Shown here one piece after another: positions 19,649-29,105 of a stretch of DNA of 42,230 bases. The DNA lies in contig JANPLU010000122.1 in NCBI GenBank assembly GCA_031422435.1, forward strand, positions 1 to 42,230, given 5' to 3'. Made by a program: the position numbers and the translations under genes. Below the pieces are notes generated by a model. That model made no database searches. It had not been told where the DNA came from and worked only from the letters and a program-made list of their open reading frames with translations. The stretch's first letter is position 1, and every line of letters begins with the position of its first letter. Source of the stretch: Acaryochloridaceae cyanobacterium VAR_48_metabat_390 (GTDB taxonomy: Bacteria > Cyanobacteriota > Cyanobacteriia > Thermosynechococcales > Thermosynechococcaceae).

Positions 19649-20205
19649 TTAGACAGCAGATCTGCGGCTCACAATACCAGACCACTGAACCTGACGGCGG
19701 CTGTCTCGACGGTAAGAGAAAAATCGTTCTGGGTCTTGGTAGGTGCAGTGAGGGGCGATCGCAATTTGCCCCTCTGCCAACCCCAACTGTTTCAACTGAA
19801 TGGCATTTACTTGCCGCACATCAAGTCGAGCATGACCTTCTTTTTCGTCTGCAAAAATAGGTGGCGTAGGATGCTGAATTAAAGGCTTAACAATTTGCTC
19901 AGCGCTAGATTCTTGATCCTGAATATCTAGCGTTTCAAGGTCTAAAATGCTTTGACCCACTTCAGCCGCTACTGCGGTAGAGACTTGATAAACCTCGCCT
20001 GCGATCGCAGGTCCCATCGCAACACGCAGGTCTTTAATCTGACTGCCGTTGGCCTGTAGCTTGGCGATCGCCATTGGCACAATCTTCGCCGCCGTGCCGC
20101 GCCATCCGGCATGTACTGCTGCGACTTGGCCTGTCACTGCATCAGCAATCAGTACAGGAGTGCAGTCTGCGGAACAGACCCAGACCGCTTCGTGGGGGCG
20201 ATCGC
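19649..20205 (-). pseudogene. pgeF: 5'-truncated peptidoglycan editing factor PgeF (YfiH)
   Basis: C-terminal motifs SADCTPVL, AAVHAGWRG, GPAI, HCT...FFSYRR are present; N-terminal HGF and QVHG motifs are absent; similarity stops at the HIP1 site 20198-20205. Confidence 0.8.
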
Positions 20206-20254
20206 CTCGCATTAAACATTCGCCCCACCTTTAATAACCCTCACCTGCAAAGCA

Positions 20255-20513
20255 TTACGAACCCTTTTGATTCTGAGAGCGAAAGCGTCCAGCAATAAAG
20301 TCTCGCTGCTGACCATGTTTGGTTTTACGTCCACTTACGCGCTTACGCCACATTCTAAAGCTATGATGCCTTCATTTCCCGTCGCATCAAGGCAATGACC
20401 TGCTTCTCGAGTAGGCCAAACTGAAGGGCGATCGACTCAAAGGTCGTACGGTCTTCCCAGGCCATTTCAATAATGCGATCAATCGTTTCACTGTCTAAAT
20501 CTGGCAAATTCAC
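20255..20513 (-). pseudogene. Frameshifted TIGR03643 (DUF2805) family protein
   Basis: GTG start, MNLPDLDSETIDRIIEMAWEDRTTFESIALQFGLLEKQVIALMRREMKAS, then premature TAG at 20361-20363; the shifted frame continues SFRMWRKRVSGRKTKH...QKGS*; span is 259 nt = 86 codons + 1. Confidence 0.88.
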
Positions 20514-20641
20514 GGGCTATGGCGCTAAAAAGAGGGTTAAGCTGTCTGCTATAGCCTAGCGTAATCAAATCAAACCTTTTGCCTGAGCCAAACTGAATGC
20601 CCTTTACCCTAGCGCCAAGCATCTTGAAAAAAGTGTTGGCA

Positions 20642-21053
20642 GTGAATAAAGATCTAAATCAGGTAGCCTACGCAGACCCTGCTTTTGTCAACCACTATGA
20701 ACAGCTCAGTATGCTAGGGAATTGAGCAAGAATTTAGCCATAAAAGACAACTCAGCTTTAACCCCCTCAAAACCTATGTCAACTTAGTGATGGCAGCTCT
20801 CCTGCATTTATTCAATCGCTCTGTTAATATCTCTCAGATCAAGGCTTCTGACTATATTATTCTTAGAGACGAATCTCATAACTTCCGGCTCAAGACCTAC
20901 TACATTAGACCTAAAGAGCAAATTCATCAATTAAGCGATGGGTTCAAAAATTTCAAAGTCTATTCATGGAAAAAAGAATTAGAAATTAAAAGCAAAAGTG
21001 AACTTGAATCCGTCAGCGATTTATGGCTTTACTATCTCTGCAATATCAGGTAG
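20642..21053 (+). pseudogene. Probable remnant of a class I SAM-dependent methyltransferase with the core deleted
   Basis: 5' piece VNKDLNQVAYADPAFVNHYEQLSML* and 3' piece ...ILRDESHNFRLKTYYI...WLYYLC* resemble the termini of a cyanobacterial methyltransferase family; no GxGxG motif between them. Confidence 0.45.
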
Positions 21054-21206
21054 CGAATCAAAATAAAGCCTACCTGCTTTAAAAGCACTCCCTCTATGGG
21101 AATACTGACTTAGGATGTAAACTCTTGCCAATGAAAGATGCAGTTTAATGTCTCTTCAAACATATTATTAATCTAGCAGTGTTAATGTCTTAAAAAAGGA
21201 AAAGTT

Positions 21207-21353
21207 ATGGGAACTCGTTCTTCAAATATGTCTGAGCTTCATCCACCTGAAAACATTACGCCTTCAACGGGGACTGTATTTTCTGCCTTAGCTGTTTTAG
21301 TACCAATCACGCTTCTATTTTTGGGGCTATTTACTGGGGTGCTTAATCCTTAA
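21207..21353 (+). CDS. Small single-TM protein, 48 aa; missed by the ORF track
   Basis: MGTRSSNMSELHPPENITPSTGTVFSALAVLVPITLLFLGLFTGVLNP*; AAGGA ribosome-binding site upstream and a strong hairpin downstream. Confidence 0.65.
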   Translation: MGTRSSNMSELHPPENITPSTGTVFSALAVLVPITLLFLGLFTGVLNP

Positions 21354-21377
21354 TTAAAGGCTCTATCCTAAAAGCTA

Positions 21378-21414
21378 AAATCTCTCAGGTATTGATTCAA
21401 TACCTAAGAGATTT
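21378..21414 (+). terminator. Long hairpin after the small ORF, likely terminator
   Basis: AAATCTCT-C-AGGTATTGA-T-TCAATACCT-A-AGAGATTT followed by CTTT. Confidence 0.65.
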
Positions 21415-21571
21415 CTTTGCTTCAAGATCAGTCTATTATTGAAACGGTGAACTGACTCAAATAGATTGAAATTTCATCAAGAAAAATCTATATTAAGCTC
21501 AGGCGATCTATGGTTCGACAGAACTTAATTAGGCGTTAGATGTGCGGCCTTCAGTGACACAATTCCAGACT

Positions 21572-23038
21572 TTAATCATCCTGTTTCTTCGAAGCTGGCA
21601 GCGCCGCTATGATGGCATCTGCCACGCGACCCACCGGAATTAACTCCAATCCCGTATCCGCAAGCACCTGTCCTTTTGGGATAATCGCCCGCTTAAAGCC
21701 AAGCTTAGCGGCCTCCTTTAGCCGCAGCTCTAGCTGAGAGACAGCGCGAACCTGGCCCCCTAGCCCCACCTCACCAATGATGACCGTAAACGGATCCACC
21801 ATCCGATCTCGAAAGCTGGCTGCAACGGCGATCGCCACGCCTAAATCTGCCGCGGGTTCCCCTACGTTTAGCCCTCCTGTAGATGAGACATAGGCATCTA
21901 ACTTTGAAAGCGGAATACCCAGCCGCTTTTCAAGCACCGCCAGAATTTGCAAAAAGCGATTGTACTCCACCCCTGTCGTTGAGCGCCGAGGCGACGCATA
22001 GCTGGTGGGCGCAGCCAGTGCCTGTAGCTCCACGACAATGGGGCGGGTGCCCTCACAGGCCACAATAGTTGCAGTGCCTGGGGTTGCCTCACCGCGATCG
22101 CCCAAAAACAGCGCCGAGGGGTTTAATACCTCTTGCAAACCCTTATCGCTCATCTCAAACACGCCCACTTCATGGGTTGCTCCAAACCGATTTTTGACTG
22201 AGCGCAGCAGCCGATGACTGGCAAAGCGATCGCCCTCAAAGTACAGCACCGTGTCTACGAGATGCTCTAAGACTTTAGGCCCGGCGATCGCCCCTTCTTT
22301 AGTAACGTGCCCCACAATAAAGAGCGTAATATTTTGCCGCTTTGCTAACCGCATCAAGGCCGCCGTGCATTCGCGCACCTGCGCCACAGAGCCTGGAGCT
22401 GAGGTCATGGTAGGTAAATAAATGGCCTGAATGCTGTCAATTACCGCCACTTGGGGCTGAAGTGCATCTAGCTCCTGCACAATCACTTCCAGATCGGTTT
22501 CGGGCAGCAGATATAAATCTGCCTTATCTGCCTGTACAGAACTCAGGGTTGTTGCCGCCATTGCATTTGACACTGCACCCAGCCGCTGCGCCCTCAACTT
22601 CACCTGCTGCCCCGACTCCTCCGCGCAAACGTACAGCACGCGATGCTGGGTTGCCAACATATTCATCATTTGCAGCAGCAGCGTTGACTTGCCAATGCCA
22701 GGATCTCCGCCCACTAACACCAGTGAACCCGGCACAATGCCGCTGCCCAAGACCCGATCTAGCTCAGAATAGCCCGAGCTAAAGCGCTGGGCGGCTGTCT
22801 CTACAATTTGGTCTAGGGTTAAGGCCGCATGGGGTTCTGGTGCGGTACTAGCGCGTTTAAACCGAGACTGCTGCGAAGCCGCGCCTAGGCGGGTGCCGTC
22901 TATAATGCCCGTCGAAGCAGCGGGTACAGCCTGCTCAACTAACGTACCCCAGCTACTGCAAGCCGGACATTTGCCAAAAAACTGACCCGACTCTGCGCCA
23001 CATTCATTACAAACAAATTTTGTTCGTGCTTTTGCCAT
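21572..23038 (-). CDS. radA: DNA repair protein RadA/Sms
   Basis: C4 zinc finger CNECG...CPAC, GDPGIGKS, KNRFG, Lon-like C-terminus. Confidence 0.97.
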   Translation of the reverse strand: MAKARTKFVCNECGAESGQFFGKCPACSSWGTLVEQAVPAASTGIIDGTRLGAASQQSRFKRASTAPEPHAALTLDQIVETAAQRFSSGYSELDRVLGSGIVPGSLVLVGGDPGIGKSTLLLQMMNMLATQHRVLYVCAEESGQQVKLRAQRLGAVSNAMAATTLSSVQADKADLYLLPETDLEVIVQELDALQPQVAVIDSIQAIYLPTMTSAPGSVAQVRECTAALMRLAKRQNITLFIVGHVTKEGAIAGPKVLEHLVDTVLYFEGDRFASHRLLRSVKNRFGATHEVGVFEMSDKGLQEVLNPSALFLGDRGEATPGTATIVACEGTRPIVVELQALAAPTSYASPRRSTTGVEYNRFLQILAVLEKRLGIPLSKLDAYVSSTGGLNVGEPAADLGVAIAVAASFRDRMVDPFTVIIGEVGLGGQVRAVSQLELRLKEAAKLGFKRAIIPKGQVLADTGLELIPVGRVADAIIAALPASKKQDD

Positions 23039-23207
23039 ACAAATGCCATACAAATCTTAAACAAAATTAAGGTTTATCATGTCTCAAAGCGCTACATATG
23101 AAGGGCTTTTGGAATTTTTATTCTTAACAAACTTCATGGTAACTTAATAAAAGAGGTCGAAAAATGAGCCTTCAGAGCCGACCAAACTTTAAGGAGTGTT
23201 AAGTCAG

Positions 23208-23939
23208 TTGGAAAACCATAAAGAAAGAATTTTGGTAGTGGATGACGAAGCGAGTATCCGCCGAATTCTGGAAACCCGACTTTCAATGATTGGCTATGAG
23301 GTTGTCACCGCTGCCGATGGAGAAGAGGCGATCGAGGTATTTCACAATGAAGTGCCAGATTTGGTGGTTTTAGACGTGATGATGCCGAAGCTAGATGGCT
23401 ACGGTGTCTGTCAAGAGCTTCGTAAAGAGTCGGATGTACCCATTATTATGCTGACGGCTTTGGGTGATGTGGCAGATCGCATCACAGGGTTAGAGCTAGG
23501 AGCTGATGACTATGTGGTGAAGCCGTTCTCGCCAAAAGAACTTGAAGCACGGATTCGCTCTGTGCTGCGCCGCGTGAGTAAAAATGGTAGCCCTGGCATT
23601 CCTAGCTCTGGCGTGATTCAGGTTACAAGTATCCGGATAGATACGAATAAGCGTCAGGTTTATAAAGGCGATGAGCGGATTCGGCTGACGGGGATGGAAT
23701 TTAGTCTGCTGGAGCTTTTGGTAAGTCGTTCGGGCGAAGCATTTTCGCGGGCTGAAATTTTGCAAGAGGTTTGGGGCTATACCCCTGAGCGCCACGTTGA
23801 TACGCGCGTGGTGGATGTCCACATTTCTCGTCTCCGCGCCAAGCTTGAAGAAGACCCCAGCAACCCTGAGCTGATTTTAACCGCCCGTGGCACTGGCTAT
23901 TTATTTCAGCGCATTATTGATGCAAACGAAGTCGGTTAA
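23208..23939 (+). CDS. rpaB: OmpR-family response regulator RpaB (probable TTG start)
   Basis: ENHKERILVVDDEASIRRILETRLSMIGY...ELILTARGTGYLFQR; AAGGAG at 23191-23196 favours TTG 23208; divergent from radA as commonly seen in cyanobacteria. Confidence 0.95.
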   Translation: MENHKERILVVDDEASIRRILETRLSMIGYEVVTAADGEEAIEVFHNEVPDLVVLDVMMPKLDGYGVCQELRKESDVPIIMLTALGDVADRITGLELGADDYVVKPFSPKELEARIRSVLRRVSKNGSPGIPSSGVIQVTSIRIDTNKRQVYKGDERIRLTGMEFSLLELLVSRSGEAFSRAEILQEVWGYTPERHVDTRVVDVHISRLRAKLEEDPSNPELILTARGTGYLFQRIIDANEVG

Positions 23940-23994
23940 ACTGAAGGACAGCTTACTGGCTCGCTGAACTGACGGTTTAGGCAAACCCAACCCT

Positions 23995-25125
23995 ATGACT
24001 TGGTGGCAACGACTCAAAAAAAATCCCCTTGCTCGTTTTGGGATTGCGATTTTACTGATTTTTTACATTGCAGTCATCGGGGCAGATTTCTTTGCGCCTT
24101 ACAACCCCTACGTTTCGCAGCCTGATGGATCCTTGCTGCCACCAACTCGACTGTACTGGCGCTCAGAACAGGGCACTGGGCTATCAGTTTATCCCACCAC
24201 GCAAGGCCCTGTGGATGTAACGACAGGGAAGCGTTTGATTAGGGAGGACCAAACCCAACCTTCCCCAGTACGACTGTTTGTGAGGGGAACTGAATACAGC
24301 TTTTTACAGCTTAAGTTGCCATTGCCAACCCAGTGGTCGCTGACCAATCCCAAGATTGATCAGGTCGTTGTGTTTCCGGGCTTTAAGGGCGATCACCATC
24401 TTTTTGGAACTGTCGGCACTGGCAAAATTAACCTGCTGGGTACCGATGAGCAGGCGCGCGATCAGTTTAGTCGTTTGCTGTACGGCGGTCGAGTTAGCCT
24501 TAGCATTGGGCTGTTGGGCGTTGCGATTTCCTTCCCGTTGGGGATGTTAGTAGGCGGCATTTCTGGGTATTTTGGCGGTTGGATCGATGGGGTTTTGATG
24601 CGCGGCGTTGAAGTCTTGATGACGATTCCCTCGATTTATCTGATTGTGGCGCTGGCGAAGGTTTTGCCCGATACCCTCAGCAGTAGCGATCGCTTTATGC
24701 TCATTGTGCTCATTACTTCTCTGGTGAGTTGGACTAGTCTAGCCCGCGTCATTCGGGGGGAGGTTCTTTCGCTGAAGCAGCGAGAGTTTGTTCAGGCCGC
24801 GAAAGCTGTAGGTGGACAGCCGCTGTATATTATTGTTCGCCATATTTTGCCCCAAACCGCAACGTTTGTCATTATTTCAGCGACTCTATCTATCCCTAGC
24901 TTTATTGGGGCAGAGTCTGTACTCAGCCTAATTGGGTTGGGCATTCAGCAACCCGATCCGTCTTGGGGCAACCTACTATCTCTAGCAACCAATGCTTCTA
25001 TCTTAGTGTTTCAGCCCTGTCTACTGTGGCCGCCCGCTATCCTAATTATTTTGACAGTGTTGTCTTTTAATCTCTTAGGCGATGCGCTACGGGATGCACT
25101 AGACCCTCGCAGCCTTAGACGCTGA
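23995..25125 (+). CDS. Peptide/nickel ABC transporter permease (DppC/OppC family)
   Basis: LGTD..ARD.FSRLLYG.R.SL, EFVQAA.A.G, RHILP, SWG.LL, GDALRDALDP. Confidence 0.92.
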   Translation: MTWWQRLKKNPLARFGIAILLIFYIAVIGADFFAPYNPYVSQPDGSLLPPTRLYWRSEQGTGLSVYPTTQGPVDVTTGKRLIREDQTQPSPVRLFVRGTEYSFLQLKLPLPTQWSLTNPKIDQVVVFPGFKGDHHLFGTVGTGKINLLGTDEQARDQFSRLLYGGRVSLSIGLLGVAISFPLGMLVGGISGYFGGWIDGVLMRGVEVLMTIPSIYLIVALAKVLPDTLSSSDRFMLIVLITSLVSWTSLARVIRGEVLSLKQREFVQAAKAVGGQPLYIIVRHILPQTATFVIISATLSIPSFIGAESVLSLIGLGIQQPDPSWGNLLSLATNASILVFQPCLLWPPAILIILTVLSFNLLGDALRDALDPRSLRR

Positions 25126-25433
25126 TCTCTGTGTACGAAATTGCAGATTCTCAATGCGTAAACCTTATCTGGATAGGGTGACTAGAAGCTGTTGCTAAAT
25201 GTGATTTCGCAGGTTCTAAAGTCAGATTAATAAGTACATCATAGACACTTCCCCTGGGTAATGCAGAAAAGCCATGAACCCCTCCCTGGAACCTGCTACT
25301 GTGGCGACAGTAGTGCTGAGGAGCCTTGGATATAAATGCTCAGATTCCCAACCTAGAGCCACTCCCCTGCCTTAGAAACAGTAAAGCTGGGCAATTGTGT
25401 TGATTCACATTTGCATTTTAATTCAACTTAGAA

Positions 25434-25506
25434 TGGCTCAAGGCAGAGTTGAACTGCCGACCTTGGGCTTATGAGTCCCCTGCTCTAACCACTGAGCTAC
25501 TGAGCC
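25434..25506 (-). tRNA. trnM: tRNA with CAT anticodon, most likely elongator tRNA-Met
   Basis: Reverse complement GGCTCAGTAGCTCAGTGGTTAGAGCAGGGGACTCATAAGCCCAAGGTCGGCAGTTCAACTCTGCCTTGAGCCA; paired G1-C72 rules out the initiator; Ile2 not fully excluded. Confidence 0.9.
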
Positions 25507-25671
25507 AAAACTTAACGATTCTCATTATGCCATAACCTTCACCGTTTAGAAAACCAAACGTTAAAAATTTCATCACCCTCATTTCATCCTCAAAATTGAG
25601 CAGATTCACTGTGGGGGATGAGACTCTGTAAGATTGGTAAAGGAACGAAGCACATACTCCACCCACAACCT

Positions 25672-26655
25672 ATGGATATCAAGCAGGGATTCGTCAAGGC
25701 TGTTGGCAACACTCCCCTCATTCGGCTCAATAGCTTTAGTGACGAGACGGGCTGCGAAATTTTAGGGAAAGCAGAATTTCTTAACCCTGGTGGCTCGGTC
25801 AAAGATCGGGCAGCGCTGTTTATGATTGAGGATGCTGAAGCCAAAGGCTTGCTCAAACCAGGCGGCACGGTGGTAGAAGGCACCGCTGGCAATACGGGCA
25901 TTGGCCTTGCCCACATCTGCAACGCCAAGGGCTATAAATGCCTCATCGTGATTCCAGATACGCAGTCTCAAGAAAAAATGGATGCCCTGCGGGTGCTGGG
26001 GGCGGAAGTCCGCGCCGTGCCTGCGGTGCCCTACAAAGACCCCAATAACTACGTCAAACTCTCAGGCCGACTGGCAGCCGAAACTGAAAACGCCGTCTGG
26101 GCAAACCAGTTTGATAACCTAGCGAACCGCATTGCCCACTACAAAACCACAGGTCCAGAAATTTGGGCACAAACCGACGGCAACATTGATGCCTGGGTGT
26201 CTTCAACGGGGACGGGCGGCACCTATGCTGGCGTGGCGCTTTACCTCAAAGAGAAGAACCCCAACATCAAGACCGTACTGGCAGACCCCATGGGCAGTGG
26301 ACTCTACAGCTACGTCAAGACGGGCGAAATCCAAATGGAAGGTAGCTCAGTCACCGAAGGGATTGGCAACAGCCGCGTGACCGCCAATTTAGAAGGCGCA
26401 CCCATTGATGATGCCATCCAGATTGACGACCAAGAGTGCATCCGCGTTATTTATCAGCTCCTGCGCAAAGATGGGCTGTTTATGGGCGGCTCGGTGGGCA
26501 TTAACGTAGCCGCAGCGGTGGCCTTAGCCAAGCTGCTTGGCCCAGGCCATACCATTGTGACCGTGCTGTGCGATGGTGGCACAAGATATCAGTCAAAGCT
26601 TTACAACCCTGAATGGCTAAAAGAAAAGGGATTGATGCCATTAGACATGCAGTAA
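25672..26655 (+). CDS. cysK: Cysteine synthase (PLP-dependent); start at MDIKQGF
   Basis: GNTPLIRL, KAEFLNPGGSVKDR, EGTAGNTGIGLA, GTGGT, EGIG. Confidence 0.9.
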   Translation: MDIKQGFVKAVGNTPLIRLNSFSDETGCEILGKAEFLNPGGSVKDRAALFMIEDAEAKGLLKPGGTVVEGTAGNTGIGLAHICNAKGYKCLIVIPDTQSQEKMDALRVLGAEVRAVPAVPYKDPNNYVKLSGRLAAETENAVWANQFDNLANRIAHYKTTGPEIWAQTDGNIDAWVSSTGTGGTYAGVALYLKEKNPNIKTVLADPMGSGLYSYVKTGEIQMEGSSVTEGIGNSRVTANLEGAPIDDAIQIDDQECIRVIYQLLRKDGLFMGGSVGINVAAAVALAKLLGPGHTIVTVLCDGGTRYQSKLYNPEWLKEKGLMPLDMQ

Positions 26656-26663
26656 GGGTTTTC

Positions 26664-27620
26664 ATGCATAAAGTTTGGCCTAGGGTTCAGCGGCTGTGGA
26701 AGCGCTGGAAACCATTTTTGTCGCCGCTGCTATTGATTGCTATCTTCGTTTTTCTGGGGCATACCCTTACTGCCCATTGGCAAGAGGTTCGCACGGTACG
26801 CATTACGGCGGCAGGCTGGGCTTGTCTGGCGATCGCCACCGGAGTCACCCTCTTCGCCCACATCTGGACAGGCTGGGTCTGGGGCTGGATTTTGCAGGAA
26901 CTCGGACAGCCCATTAGCCGCACCTGGGCATCGCAAACCTATCTCAAAACCAACATTGCTAAGTATCTACCAGGTAATGTGCTGCATTTGTATGGGAGGG
27001 CGATCGCCGCAAAAGACCAAGGCGCACCCTTTGCAATTGCATCCTTAAGCGTTCTGCTTGATACCCTTCTCATGGCATCAGGCGGCGTAATCATAGGGTT
27101 ATTTTGCATCCCGCGTCCGTGGCTGCCATTGGCAATTGTGGCAGTGGGCGGTATTTTACTCGTGCTGCACCCCAAAATTTTAAGACCGTTATTAGATCGG
27201 CTCAGTCAGCTCAAAAAGTCTAGTGAAAATAAAGCTGAAGCATCTCCCCAACGATGGCTAAAACACTATCCCCTAGGGCCACTGTTAGGGGAAATGCTGT
27301 TTGTTGCGCTGCGCGGGCTAGGGTTTGTGCTGACGGTTGTTGCCCTTACGCCCATTTCACTTCAGACCGTTCCCACGCTAATCAGTATTTTTAGCGTGGG
27401 TTGGGTGCTAGGGTTTGTGACCCCTGGTGCCCCAGGAGGATTAGGCGTATTTGAACTTACAGTCAGCATATTACTTACTCAAGAAGGGTTGTTTCAAAAC
27501 GAGCCAGGGTTATCGGTGGGTATAGCGCTGAGTGCCGTGGCGCTGAACCGGTTGGTGAGTACCCTAGCTGAAGCCATTGGTGCGCTACTCGCGTTCTTGG
27601 ATGAGTGCTGGATGCTCTAG
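26664..27620 (+). CDS. Lysylphosphatidylglycerol synthase TM domain / UPF0104 flippase-like protein
   Basis: Multi-TM; YLKTNIAKYLPGNV, GFVTPGAPGGLGVFE. Confidence 0.85.
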   Translation: MHKVWPRVQRLWKRWKPFLSPLLLIAIFVFLGHTLTAHWQEVRTVRITAAGWACLAIATGVTLFAHIWTGWVWGWILQELGQPISRTWASQTYLKTNIAKYLPGNVLHLYGRAIAAKDQGAPFAIASLSVLLDTLLMASGGVIIGLFCIPRPWLPLAIVAVGGILLVLHPKILRPLLDRLSQLKKSSENKAEASPQRWLKHYPLGPLLGEMLFVALRGLGFVLTVVALTPISLQTVPTLISIFSVGWVLGFVTPGAPGGLGVFELTVSILLTQEGLFQNEPGLSVGIALSAVALNRLVSTLAEAIGALLAFLDECWML

Positions 27621-28940
27621 GGTTGCGGCGGAATCTGGGTGCGTAGCCCTTGCCCCTGCGAGTCGAGACACCACCATTTCTGGAGATAGCGCCGCCAGAA
27701 GCTTCTCAATAACGGTACTAGAGCCTTGAGCATCCCAAGTTGCGCCCTCTAACAAATAGCGCTGAGCCGATTTGCCCACCAGGGAAGCGCTGTAGAAGGC
27801 GATCGCCCCCTGAGTGACTGCCCGCACTATAGGCGCACCCTCCGATCCGTTCAGCATATTGCCGAGTCCGCTGGTGCTTATCTCTGCTAACCCTAAATAG
27901 CCAGCACTTACCAGCAGCGTTTTCCAAAGGGTACCAATGTTGTGACGGGTGACGGGCAAGTTTTGGCGTTGCAGCAACTGCCGCACTTGGGCAATATCTA
28001 TCAAAAAACCTAGGATAAGATCTAGCCCACCCCAAGGGTTAAGACCCACCAAAGCGGCTTTGACTCCCCAAAGCTGCCACTGTGATTTTTCAAGGGGTTT
28101 TGCATGGTACTGGGCGATCGCCGCTACAATCTGGCGCTCGGTGGCCTGCACCTGAAGCAGCACATTCAGCGACAGTAGGTATAGACCTTCTCGGTTCAGC
28201 AGGTTGAGAAGAGCCTGCCGTAGAGGTTCAATTTGAGGGGGTGGTGTTTCCCACTCGGTGCTGGTGCGACCATCTGGCCATTCGTGACGCACCTGGATAG
28301 GGGCTGGCGCTGCGGAAGTCAGCACAATTTCTTGAGGGGACAGTACGGTCTGAAGTGCCCCATCGGTTAAAGACTGATACAGCATTTCAGCCTTTAGATC
28401 TGGATACAGATCGGCTTTATTGACTACCCAAAGCATCGGCTTGCGAAGCTGCGCAAGTTCTGCCAATGCCTCTAGCTCAATCGGCATGGGTGGTCCTGCC
28501 GTCACAAATAAAATCAAATCCGCACAGCGGGCAATGTCTTGCGCCATGAGCGCCCTAGCCTCACCCGAAATTTCATCTAGGCCAGGGGTATCAATTAGCT
28601 CAATCTGAAGGCTGGGTGCCCCAGCCCCAGACCAGCGCACCGATCGAGGCCACTGGGTCACGCCATTAAGTGGCCCAGTGGGAAAGAGCGATTCTCCAAA
28701 TAGGGCGTTAAGAACAGCAGATTTACCACGGCTCACCAAGCCAAAAACCACAATTTGAAGCAGGGTCCCAGACAGCTTATGCTGAAGCGCACTCAATACT
28801 TCTAGATATGGCTGTAGCTGTACCTTTAGCTCAACGGGTGTTTGCTGATAGCGTGCGATACGAGTATTGAGACAGGCGATCGCATCGTCTCGGATCTGCT
28901 GCTGCGCGGTACGCTCTGTTTCTACAGTTACTTCAATCAT
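27585..28940 (-). CDS. GTP-binding protein with C-terminal DUF697-like domain
   Basis: FGLVSRGKS, DTPGLDE, NKAD, GATW...G.STV. Confidence 0.85.
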   Translation of the reverse strand: MIEVTVETERTAQQQIRDDAIACLNTRIARYQQTPVELKVQLQPYLEVLSALQHKLSGTLLQIVVFGLVSRGKSAVLNALFGESLFPTGPLNGVTQWPRSVRWSGAGAPSLQIELIDTPGLDEISGEARALMAQDIARCADLILFVTAGPPMPIELEALAELAQLRKPMLWVVNKADLYPDLKAEMLYQSLTDGALQTVLSPQEIVLTSAAPAPIQVRHEWPDGRTSTEWETPPPQIEPLRQALLNLLNREGLYLLSLNVLLQVQATERQIVAAIAQYHAKPLEKSQWQLWGVKAALVGLNPWGGLDLILGFLIDIAQVRQLLQRQNLPVTRHNIGTLWKTLLVSAGYLGLAEISTSGLGNMLNGSEGAPIVRAVTQGAIAFYSASLVGKSAQRYLLEGATWDAQGSSTVIEKLLAALSPEMVVSRLAGARATHPDSAATLEHPALIQERE

Positions 28941-28954
28941 TGTCTAAACCTTGC

Positions 28955-28980
28955 TCTCCTCTCCCCTCAAGGGCGAGGGG
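28955..28980. repeat. Short palindromic repeat (CCTCTCCC...GGGCGAGGGG type)
   Basis: Related to the repeat at 7556-7600. Confidence 0.4.
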
Positions 28981-29038
28981 TAAAGCCTTTGGCTATAAGA
29001 AAGGGGGAAAGGGTGATATTAGGTTCAGCGAAAAATAC

Positions 29039-29061
29039 CAAAAAACCGAGGAGACCTCGGC
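29039..29061 (-). terminator. Rho-independent terminator for apcF
   Basis: Minus strand CCGAGG-TCT-CCTCGG followed by T7. Confidence 0.7.
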
Positions 29062-29105
29062 TTCTGGAACAATCAAAGATTGAAGATTGAATATCATCTT
29101 CGGGT

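Noticed and set aside
21438..21471. ATTGAAAC / ATTGAAAT resembling CRISPR repeat ends
   Set aside because: Only two short matches with no full repeat, no regular spacing and no cas genes.
25126..25433. Possible IS end or integrated element downstream of tRNA-Met
   Set aside because: No transposase or integrase, no matching second inverted repeat and no duplicated tRNA 3' end found; only a short hairpin and tiny ORFs.
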